A stretch of 27,561 nt of DNA from Candidatus Woesearchaeota archaeon (lineage in GTDB: Archaea > Nanobdellota > Nanobdellia > Nanobdellales > CAZNIQ01): the NCBI GenBank assembly GCA_964573185.1, contig CAZNIQ010000007.1, forward strand, positions 1 through 27,561. The letters are read 5' to 3'. Shown here piece after piece: positions 1 to 6,426 of the stretch. Every line of letters begins with the position of its first letter. Position 1 is the first letter of the stretch. The translations under genes and the position numbers were made by a program. Below the pieces are notes generated by a model that was given only the letters and a program-made list of their open reading frames with translations, was not told where the DNA came from and made no database searches.

Positions 1-535
1 CGAATAATCTATATTTGTCTAACCCTTGTAATTCCATTAAAATTCTTTTTACAATAGCCTTCTTTATATCGATCCCGCATCTCCTTTTGAAATCTTCAAA
101 GGACTCAAACGGTTTCTCTTCTCTCTTTTCTAAAATTTCCCAAAGATGTTTCTTTCCTATACCAGGCAAAAGCTCTAACATATGTAATCTTGGTGTTATA
201 GCTTGAGCTCTATTTATCCAATTTATAAATCTCTTTTCATGCCTTTCTACTAATTTTTCAATTACTTTTGGTAGCAAATCTCTTGCAAAAGGCGTTAAAT
301 CTTCATATTTTAGTTTTCCTAAAACAGAATTTATTTTATCTCTTTGTCCCGGTCCTATATATACTTCTTCTTCAGGTTTTAATTCTACATTTGGTTTTGG
401 AGTTAATTCTAGTAGAATAAAATAATCTCTTCCTATCGCTTGGGCTACAGGGAAATTTCTACCTCTCTTCGCATCTCCATGAGGCAGAAAATCTAAGATT
501 ATAGCGTACTCTTCTTTAACTTGTATCCTTCTCAT
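1..535 (-). CDS. DUF655/COG1491-like nucleic-acid-binding protein, N-terminal ~178 codons (gene runs off the left edge)
   Basis: Own minus-strand translation from ATG (rc of 533-535): MRRIQVKEEYAIILDFLPHGDAKRGRNFPVAQAIG...LLPGIGKKHLWEILEKREEKPFESFEDF. Pattern is an OB-like N-terminus plus a helix-hairpin-helix GIG motif. Absent from the ORF track because it is truncated. Neighbours rpoF and L21e, as in many archaea. Confidence 0.6.
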   Translation of the reverse strand, partial: MRRIQVKEEYAIILDFLPHGDAKRGRNFPVAQAIGRDYFILLELTPKPNVELKPEEEVYIGPGQRDKINSVLGKLKYEDLTPFARDLLPKVIEKLVERHEKRFINWINRAQAITPRLHMLELLPGIGKKHLWEILEKREEKPFESFEDFKRRCGIDIKKAIVKRILMELQGLDKYRLF

Positions 536-543
536 GGTAAAAA

Positions 544-873
544 CTATTTGTATTTCTTAACTATTTCCAGAATTTTATCAAAAATTTCTTTATCAGTTAC
601 TTCTCCATAAAATATTACTCTCAAATCATCATTGTCTTCTGGTAATAAATCTACAATTTTTACAATATGATATGTTCTTACTCTTGGTAATTTCAATTCT
701 TCCAGCTCTTTTCTCAATTGAATTGCTTTATCATAAGGTAAAATATCTAAATTATTTAAATATTGTTTAACTTTGTTGGCTCTTACGTCTAGTTCTTTAT
801 CCCTTTCTTCTAGTTTCCTAAGTAGCTCTTTCACTTCTGCTAGCGTCAATGGTCTCTCTTCTAATACACGCAT
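544..873 (-). CDS. rpoF: DNA-directed RNA polymerase subunit F (Rpo4/Rpb4 homologue)
   Basis: 109 aa; MRVLEERPLTLAEVKELLRKLEERDKEL...; size and N-terminal pattern typical of archaeal RpoF; classic neighbourhood with L21e and DUF655. Confidence 0.7.
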   Translation of the reverse strand: MRVLEERPLTLAEVKELLRKLEERDKELDVRANKVKQYLNNLDILPYDKAIQLRKELEELKLPRVRTYHIVKIVDLLPEDNDDLRVIFYGEVTDKEIFDKILEIVKKYK

Positions 874-910
874 AAATAGATTTTAGAATGTTGTTTTATA
901 AAAGTAACTC

Positions 911-1261
911 ATGGTTGATAGGAAAAGGAAAGGTAAAAGAAGAAAGACAAGAGATAAATTATCTAAATCTCCCAGGGAAAGGGGAAAAGTTCCTATAAGA
1001 AAATTCTTACAAGAATTTGAAGTAGGAGATGCTGTACATATTAAAATAGAACCCTCTGTTCATTATGGATTGCCTCATCCAAGATATCATGGAAGAACCG
1101 GCGTTATTGTTGGAAAAAGAGGAAGATGTTATGAAGTTTTAATAAGAGATGGAAGCAAGCTGAAGATGCTTATAGTACATCCAGTACATTTAGAGAAAGC
1201 TCCCTATAAAATACCTCTAGAAGAAGTACAAAAAATGATTGCGGAATTTAATAGAACTTAA
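911..1261 (+). CDS. rpl21e: 50S ribosomal protein L21e
   Basis: [65 protein letters not shown] is the L21e signature region. Confidence 0.9.
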   Translation: MVDRKRKGKRRKTRDKLSKSPRERGKVPIRKFLQEFEVGDAVHIKIEPSVHYGLPHPRYHGRTGVIVGKRGRCYEVLIRDGSKLKMLIVHPVHLEKAPYKIPLEEVQKMIAEFNRT

Positions 1262-1446
1262 GACTTTAACAGCCTTTTTGCGTATTCATAAATTTTTATG
1301 TAAACATCTTCTGGAATGGTAACTTCTGTCTTAGTCTCCTCATTTCTGATATTTACAAATAATTTTCCTTTTCTATCTTTCAATATCCTTAAAGTAACAT
1401 TTTCGATCTTTTCTTCTTTTATTTTCCAAAAGTCTATTATAGCCAT
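1258..1446 (-). CDS. hypothetical small protein (62 aa)
   Basis: Intact ORF filling the gap between L21e and tRNA-Glu; no recognisable motif. Confidence 0.35.
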   Translation of the reverse strand: MAIIDFWKIKEEKIENVTLRILKDRKGKLFVNIRNEETKTEVTIPEDVYIKIYEYAKRLLKS

Positions 1447-1480
1447 AACGGTTGTTTTGTAGCAAATTTTATAAAAGGCA

Positions 1481-1555
1481 TGCCGCCGCCGGGATTTGAA
1501 CCCGGGTCTCGGGGACGAGAACCCCGCATCCTTGACCTGGCTAGACGACGGCGGC
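1481..1555 (-). tRNA. tRNA-Glu(CUC): tRNA-Glu (anticodon CUC), contiguous, no intron, no encoded CCA
   Basis: rc reads GCCGCCG UC GUCU AGCCAGGUCAA GGAU G CGGGG UUCUCGU CCCCG AGAC CCGGG UUCAAAU CCCGG CGGCGGC A. Full cloverleaf with an all-GC acceptor stem. Confidence 0.9.
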
Positions 1556-1599
1556 TTTTGAATAAAACATTTATAAATCTTCTTTTAAAGCTTACTTTA

Positions 1600-1830
1600 A
1601 TGGTTGGCTCTTGGGAACATCTATTGAAACTTCACGCTCATAAACCTGGAACTTTAGCAAAAATACTTAAGCATAATAGACCTAAGAAAAGAAAATATGG
1701 AAAGGGAGCTAGGAAATGCATTATATGTGGAAGGCATAATGGATTAATAAGAAAATATGGAATTATGATGTGTAGGGAATGTTTCAAAAGATATGCTGAA
1801 CAGATGGGTTGGTTTAGATACGGAGAATGA
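1600..1830 (+). CDS. rps14: 30S ribosomal protein S14 (zinc-ribbon type)
   Basis: C-terminal KRKYGKGARKCIICGRHNGLIRKYGIMMCRECFKRYAEQMGWFRY is the S14 type-Z signature. Start moved to ATG 1600 because the track ORF start (1480) is antisense to tRNA-Glu. TATA TTTATAAAT lies at 1570-1578, about 26 nt upstream. Confidence 0.85.
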   Translation: MVGSWEHLLKLHAHKPGTLAKILKHNRPKKRKYGKGARKCIICGRHNGLIRKYGIMMCRECFKRYAEQMGWFRYGE

Positions 1831-2213
1831 GCGACATAGTTACAAACTTCTTCTCACATTTAACTAATTGTGCTAGAAGAGGGAAGAAAGAAGTATATTA
1901 CAGACCAATCTCAAAATTAATTTTGAATATCTTAGAAGTTATGAAAAGACATGGATATGTTGAAAGCTATGAGGTAGTTACTTGGGAGAAGGGAGGTGTT
2001 GTGAAGGTAGTTTTATCGGATAGTTTTAACAAAGCAGGTGCTATAAAGCCAAGATTTCCTGTACAGAAAAGAGATTGGGAATGGTATGAAAAAATATATT
2101 TACCTGCAAGAGATTTTGGAATCTTGATAGTTTCCACCTCTCAAGGTGTAATGTCAAATAAAGAAGCTAAAAAATTGGGAATTGGAGGCGTTTTGATAGG
2201 TTATGTGTATTAG
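1827..2213 (+). CDS. rps8: 30S ribosomal protein S8
   Basis: 128 aa; ends ...GILIVSTSQGVMSNKEAKKLGIGGVLIGYVY, typical of uS8; overlaps the S14 stop by 4 nt (ATGA). Confidence 0.9.
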   Translation: MSDIVTNFFSHLTNCARRGKKEVYYRPISKLILNILEVMKRHGYVESYEVVTWEKGGVVKVVLSDSFNKAGAIKPRFPVQKRDWEWYEKIYLPARDFGILIVSTSQGVMSNKEAKKLGIGGVLIGYVY

Positions 2214-2791
2214 CTTTCCAAAAGTTTTTCTAATTTAGATAGATCTCTTTCTATAGTTTCGATACTACTTCCATCAATATCTACGAACATTGCATATGGA
2301 AGTTCCTTTTTTAGAATTTCCATCAATACGCCCGATTCACCTTCTACTCTTTGCATATTTCCTTTAATTTCTTTGCTTCTATTTAAGTCTTGATTAACAG
2401 CATATGGCAATAATTTTTCCAATAAAGTTTTATCTTTCAATTTATAAGTACCGGTCACACCACATGTAGGAGAATATTTCTTTCCAACAATTATTACTTT
2501 TTCAGGTTTTAATTCTTCTACTAATTTCTTAATCCATTGTGTTATTATTATAGCTATCTTCTTCATACCAAGAGCTTCATACATTTCTTTTGAACAAGGA
2601 ACTCTAGGAGCGGATAATGTTAATAAAAACTCTGGACAAGGATATGGTCTAAAAATGACGTCTTTATATTTAGCTTTTATCTCTGCAAATCTCTGGTAAA
2701 GATATTTTACAGTTTCATAGTTTTCACTTTCAGGTCCTTTATATGTTACTGAAGGATTCTCTATACAAGGGGAATAAATTACTAGTTTCAT
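2210..2791 (-). CDS. DUF523 (TudS-like) family protein, tentative
   Basis: Cys-containing motifs YSPCIENPSVTYKG, PYPCPEFLLTLSAPR and KYSPTCGV resemble the three conserved Cys segments of DUF523 as I recall them. Confidence 0.4.
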   Translation of the reverse strand: MKLVIYSPCIENPSVTYKGPESENYETVKYLYQRFAEIKAKYKDVIFRPYPCPEFLLTLSAPRVPCSKEMYEALGMKKIAIIITQWIKKLVEELKPEKVIIVGKKYSPTCGVTGTYKLKDKTLLEKLLPYAVNQDLNRSKEIKGNMQRVEGESGVLMEILKKELPYAMFVDIDGSSIETIERDLSKLEKLLES

Positions 2792-2815
2792 AAAGTAATT
2801 GCTAAAAATAAAGCT

Positions 2816-3049
2816 TTAATACTTTTTCAAATCTTCTTCTATTTTAACATCCTTCAATTTTTCTTTTATTTCTTTTAATTCTTCTTTTATTTTTTGAATT
2901 TCTAAAAATAAAAAAGCTATAGCAACCCAGAGTTGCGCTATTCTGGGATCCTGAGATTTCATGTAAGCCTCCCTATATTCTAACGTTCTTTTTAACACCT
3001 CGTTTAGCCTCTCTTTTATTATAGGATCTAAATAATCTTTCCAATCCAT
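2816..3049 (-). CDS. hypothetical coiled-coil/hydrophobic small protein (77 aa)
   Basis: Intact ORF abutting the L18 stop; hydrophobic stretch IAQLWVAIAFLFLEI followed by a charged helix. Confidence 0.35.
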   Translation of the reverse strand: MDWKDYLDPIIKERLNEVLKRTLEYREAYMKSQDPRIAQLWVAIAFLFLEIQKIKEELKEIKEKLKDVKIEEDLKKY

Positions 3050-3789
3050 TAAACTTTAACTGTTAATGCCTTCTTATAAGCTAATGAAACTATTTGATCA
3101 AACTTTTCCTTATTAGGGTACAATTCCCTTGCCATCTGAATAGCCTCCTCTATAGTTATTTCACCTTTCTTCAATTTTTGTCCAATTTCCCACCAAGGTT
3201 TATATTTTTCTATTATTTTCTGTTTTACTTCCTCAAAATGTTCTGGTAATTTCTCAGGATCAAAACCTCTTTGTAGGTATCCTCCAAATTGTCGTTTGTA
3301 TTTTTCAGGATTCTGTTCTTTCAATAACTTAGCATAAGCTGCTATATGTTCTCCCCTTATTCTTTCTTCTGTTGGAAATATACCTTCTCCATGAGGTATT
3401 TGCATTCCTGCATCAACTGCACCTTTTAATGCAGCAAATAACCTACCTCCTTTATGAGGAACTTGTCTTCCAACATCCAAAACAGCAATAAAAATTCCTC
3501 TCTTAAAGGATTTTAATGCAGCAAGTAATCCAGTTAAATAAGCTGTAGGAATGTTTCCTCTATATCCTTTCCATCCAAAATCCCTTTCTAAAACTTTTGA
3601 ATGTACTGTAACTACAACCCAATCGCTTTCCGGTTTATATAAAACAGTTTGACAGACCATGTTATAAATAGTTTTTCTTACAACAAATCTTGGCTTACCA
3701 GATAATAATAATTTTAATCTTTTTCTATAATCGGTTTTTCCCTCCCTCCTTCTTCTGTAAGGTACTCTATATCTTGGACCATGTGCCAT
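3049..3789 (-). CDS. rpl18: 50S ribosomal protein L18 (uL18/L5e) with C-terminal extension
   Basis: [40 protein letters not shown] is the archaeal L18 N-terminus. At 246 aa it is about 50 aa longer than usual. Confidence 0.85.
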   Translation of the reverse strand: MAHGPRYRVPYRRRREGKTDYRKRLKLLLSGKPRFVVRKTIYNMVCQTVLYKPESDWVVVTVHSKVLERDFGWKGYRGNIPTAYLTGLLAALKSFKRGIFIAVLDVGRQVPHKGGRLFAALKGAVDAGMQIPHGEGIFPTEERIRGEHIAAYAKLLKEQNPEKYKRQFGGYLQRGFDPEKLPEHFEEVKQKIIEKYKPWWEIGQKLKKGEITIEEAIQMARELYPNKEKFDQIVSLAYKKALTVKV

Positions 3790-3799
3790 GGAAGAAGAC

Positions 3800-3807
3800 T
3801 TTTAAAT
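3800..3807 (+). promoter_or_regulatory. TATA-like box TTTTAAAT at -31..-24 of tRNA-Cys
   Basis: Position counted from G1 at 3831; same motif and spacing as upstream of tRNA-Ile and the sRNA at 16968. Confidence 0.6.
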
Positions 3808-3830
3808 TATAATTAAAAATCTTATTAAAA

Positions 3831-3904
3831 GCCGCGGTGCCCGAGCGGTCCAAGGGGCCGGGCTGCAGACCCGGTAATCCGGGGTTCGAATCCCCGCCGC
3901 GGCT
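3831..3904 (+). tRNA. tRNA-Cys(GCA): tRNA-Cys (anticodon GCA), discriminator U
   Basis: GCCGCGG UG CCCG AGCGGUCCA AGGG G CCGGG CUGCAGA CCCGG UAAUC CGGGG UUCGAAU CCCCG CCGCGGC U. Confidence 0.85.
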
Positions 3905-4240
3905 TTATAGCATTTCTGTAGGGAATTTCTTTGGAAAATCTATGCTTTGTGTTATTTTTGGTCCTATAAACCATTTAGCAACCCAAGTTCCACAAACTTT
4001 ACAATGTCCAGTATCTGTTATTAACTCGGGTGTTAATTTTATACCACAGAAAGGACACCTAATTTCTTTTTCTTTAACATATTCTCTTAATTCCTTTACA
4101 ATTTGATCTAAATGTTTCTTTAAAACATGTTCAATAGCTTTTTCCCTTATCTTTTTATAACTCCTCTTAAACTTCTTTACTTTTGTAACATCTATTTTAT
4201 ATTCAAATGTACAGTATGGGCAGCTGAAACCTTTGAGCAT
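3905..4240 (-). CDS. zinc-ribbon protein, function unknown (111 aa)
   Basis: Three Cys pairs: CPYC, CPFC and CKVC. The stop codon abuts the tRNA-Cys 3' end. Confidence 0.45.
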   Translation of the reverse strand: MLKGFSCPYCTFEYKIDVTKVKKFKRSYKKIREKAIEHVLKKHLDQIVKELREYVKEKEIRCPFCGIKLTPELITDTGHCKVCGTWVAKWFIGPKITQSIDFPKKFPTEML

Positions 4241-4288
4241 AAGATATCTAAGAAAAAAGCTTTAATAAATTAACATTGAAAGGTTCTA

Positions 4289-4909
4289 ATGCCAAAATAT
4301 GTAAAGCGTTACGCTGACTGGAAAAGAAAAATATGGTTTGAAATAGTAGCTCCTCAACAAATATTTAATGAAGCGCCTTTGGGGGAAACACCTGCTTATG
4401 AAGCTTCCCAAGTTATAGGAAGAAGAGTAGAATGGAACCTGGCTTTGTTAACCGGTAACTTCAGATTTCAAAATGCAAAAGTTATATTCAGAATTGTAAG
4501 AGTTCAGGGAACCAAAGCTTATACGGAATTAGAGGCTTACGAATTATACGAAGCTTATATTAGGAGAATTGTAAGAAGAGGAACGGACAGAATTGATGAT
4601 TCATTTGTTGTAAAAACAAGAGATGGAATAGAAGTAAGAGTAAAACCATTGGTAATTACAGCTTATAATACCACTAGATCTAGGAGAAAGGCTATTAGAA
4701 AGAAGTTTAGAGAGATAATAGAAAACGTTGCAAAGGAATTAGATTATTATGATTTTATGAGAAAAATCTTGTTCCAAGAGTTGCAAAATGAGGCAAGACC
4801 TATATTACATAAAATTTATCCTGTCGATAGAGTCGAAATAAGAAAAGCTATAAGAGTGACTCCATTTAAGGAGGTCTTAGAAATTTTGGGAATAGCTGCT
4901 AAAACTTAA
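4289..4909 (+). CDS. rps3ae: 30S ribosomal protein S3Ae (eS1)
   Basis: MPKYVKRYADWKRKIWFEIVAPQQIFNEAPLGETPA... is the typical S3Ae start; 206 aa. Confidence 0.9.
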   Translation: MPKYVKRYADWKRKIWFEIVAPQQIFNEAPLGETPAYEASQVIGRRVEWNLALLTGNFRFQNAKVIFRIVRVQGTKAYTELEAYELYEAYIRRIVRRGTDRIDDSFVVKTRDGIEVRVKPLVITAYNTTRSRRKAIRKKFREIIENVAKELDYYDFMRKILFQELQNEARPILHKIYPVDRVEIRKAIRVTPFKEVLEILGIAAKT

Positions 4910-4915
4910 TTTTTC

Positions 4916-4979
4916 TTATTTTTGATGATGAGCTACTAGGCTCCTGATCATGATGAACCAGACCTGCACTGAAAAATAA
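4916..4979 (+). ncRNA. box C/D sRNA
   Basis: Box C AUGAUGA 4925-4931; 12-nt guide gcuacuaggcuc; D' CUGA 4944-4947; C' AUGAUGA 4950-4956; 12-nt guide accagaccugca; D CUGA 4969-4972. Flanks UUAUUUU (4916-4922) and AAAAUAA (4973-4979) are complementary. Confidence 0.9.
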
Positions 4980-4987
4980 TTTTAATT
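4980..4987 (+). promoter_or_regulatory. TATA-like box TTTTAATT at -30..-23 of tRNA-Arg
   Basis: Counted from G1 at 5010; begins 8 nt after box D of the upstream sRNA. Confidence 0.55.
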
Positions 4988-5009
4988 TAAAGTAAATTTT
5001 AATTAAAAA

Positions 5010-5084
5010 GCCGCCGTAGCTCAGCTTGGATAGAGCGCCGGGTTGCGGACCCGGAGGTCCCGGGTTCAAATCCCGGCGGCGGCA
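5010..5084 (+). tRNA. tRNA-Arg(GCG): tRNA-Arg (anticodon GCG)
   Basis: GCCGCCG UA GCUC AGCUUGGAUA GAGC G CCGGG UUGCGGA CCCGG AGGUC CCGGG UUCAAAU CCCGG CGGCGGC A. Confidence 0.9.
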
Positions 5085-5140
5085 CAGCCATTGCCCTTCA
5101 TTCCTCTTTGAATTCGAAGTAGTCAAGTTTTTCGCCACCC

Positions 5141-5150
5141 TTTATAAATA
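5141..5150 (+). promoter_or_regulatory. TATA box TTTATAAATA for radA
   Basis: Box centre is about 25 nt upstream of ATG 5170; no Shine-Dalgarno-like sequence between them, implying a leaderless or near-leaderless mRNA. Confidence 0.55.
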
Positions 5151-5169
5151 TTAAAACCAATGTTATCAC

Positions 5170-6141
5170 ATGGCCAAGAAAAAAGAAATAAAAGATATAG
5201 AAGATTTACCAGGAGTTGGTCCAAAAACTGCTGAAAAGTTGAGATCTGCGGGGTATACTACTTTACTAGATATTGCATCTGCAACTCCTGAAGAACTTTC
5301 AGAAAGAGCAGGAATTGGTGAAAATGTTGCAAGGAAAATAATAGAAGCTGCAAGACAAGCTGTAGGTTTTGGTTTTATTACAGCAGATAAAGTATTAGAA
5401 ACTAGGCAGCAATCTGAAAGAATTACTACAGGCTCAAAGAATCTAGATTCGTTATTGGGTGGTGGGGTCGAAACACAAGCCATTACGGAAGCGTATGGAG
5501 AATTCGGATCTGGAAAAACACAATTAGGATTTCAATTAGCAGTAAATGTACAATTACCTAAAGAGAAGGGAGGGTTATCTGAACCAGATAATCCAGCAAA
5601 GGTAGTATTCATTGATACAGAGGGAACCTTTAGACCCGAAAGAATTATGCAAATGGCAAAAGCTGTAGGTCTAGATCCTCAACAAGTATTAAAGAATATA
5701 TTTGTTGCTAGAGCTTTAAATACAGATCATCAGATGGAACTAGTCAGAGAAATACCAAAATTAATCAAAGAAGGTCATAATATAAGGCTGGTTATAGTAG
5801 ATTCCATAACGGCACATTTCAGAGCAGAATATGTTGGAAGGGGAATGTTAGCAGAAAGGCAACAGAAATTAAATAAGCATATAAGAGATTTATTAAAAAT
5901 AGCTACGGCATATAACATTGCAGTTTATGTTACTAATCAAGTAATGGCAAAGCCAGAAGGTTTTTACGGATTTGAATTAGTACAAGCTATAGGTGGACAT
6001 GTATTAGCTCACGCAGTAACATATAGAGTATTCCTAAGGAAAGGTAAAGGAAATATAAGAATAGCAAGATTGGTAGATGCTCCTCATCTACCAGAAAGAG
6101 AGGTAACATTTAGAATCACTGACGAGGGGATACGTGACTAA
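5170..6141 (+). CDS. radA: DNA repair and recombination protein RadA
   Basis: N-terminal HhH ([17 protein letters not shown]), Walker [10 protein letters not shown] and Walker B LVIVDS; 323 aa. Confidence 0.95.
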   Translation: MAKKKEIKDIEDLPGVGPKTAEKLRSAGYTTLLDIASATPEELSERAGIGENVARKIIEAARQAVGFGFITADKVLETRQQSERITTGSKNLDSLLGGGVETQAITEAYGEFGSGKTQLGFQLAVNVQLPKEKGGLSEPDNPAKVVFIDTEGTFRPERIMQMAKAVGLDPQQVLKNIFVARALNTDHQMELVREIPKLIKEGHNIRLVIVDSITAHFRAEYVGRGMLAERQQKLNKHIRDLLKIATAYNIAVYVTNQVMAKPEGFYGFELVQAIGGHVLAHAVTYRVFLRKGKGNIRIARLVDAPHLPEREVTFRITDEGIRD

Positions 6142-6171
6142 ATTTTTTAATTATCTTTCTATTTTATTTTT

Positions 6172-6426
6172 ATGGAAAGATATTCTGCTAGGGATATAAT
6201 TGGTAAAACTGTTGTATCAAAGAGTGGTAGAAAATTTGGGGAGGTCGCTGATATAATCTTTGAAGTGAGAACTGGAGAGTTATTGCACTTAGTAGTTAGA
6301 AATCCCACACCTTATGCTTTAAGTTTAGATTTGGAAAAAACACCACAAGGAGAAATTTTAGTTCCGTTTACAGCTGTTATAGCAATAGGAGATTTCGTTA
6401 TAATTTCTGAGGAGGATTTAGTCTAA
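6172..6426 (+). CDS. PRC-barrel domain protein (84 aa)
   Basis: ARDIIGKTVVSKSGRKFGEVADIIFEVRTGELLHLVV is a typical PRC-barrel pattern. Confidence 0.6.
   Translation: MERYSARDIIGKTVVSKSGRKFGEVADIIFEVRTGELLHLVVRNPTPYALSLDLEKTPQGEILVPFTAVIAIGDFVIISEEDLV

Noticed and set aside
1570-1590. Assigning a fixed-distance leaderless promoter to tRNA-Glu.
   Set aside because: The palindromic TTTATAAA (1570-1578) is only -15..-23 from the tRNA 5' end and fits S14 instead. The next box (TTTAAAAG on the minus strand, -34..-27) is 3-4 nt further than at the other tRNAs, so the leaderless claim is not extended to this gene.
1480-1599. N-terminal 40 codons of the track ORF 1480..1830 (MPPPGFEPGSRGREP...).
   Set aside because: This part is simply the antisense reading of tRNA-Glu plus promoter DNA. 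S14 homology begins near ATG 1600, which also has a TATA box about 26 nt upstream.
3837-4106. 89-aa + strand ORF (MPERSKGPGCRPGNPGFESPP...).
   Set aside because: It starts inside tRNA-Cys (the GC-rich sequence translates to a P/G/R-rich peptide). It then runs antisense to the better-supported zinc-ribbon ORF.
4899-5138. 79-aa minus-strand ORF.
   Set aside because: Antisense to the C/D sRNA and tRNA-Arg. The PGPPGPQPG stretch is the tRNA read backwards.
5166-5483. Antisense ORFs inside well-supported genes: 15..206, 5166..5483, 10511..10702, 10864..11106, 19446..19682, 20282..20476, 21392..21850, 23878..24078, 25701..25958 and 26420..26752.
   Set aside because: All lie opposite strongly supported CDSs and have low-complexity S/F/L/I-rich translations, typical of antisense frames in AT-rich DNA.
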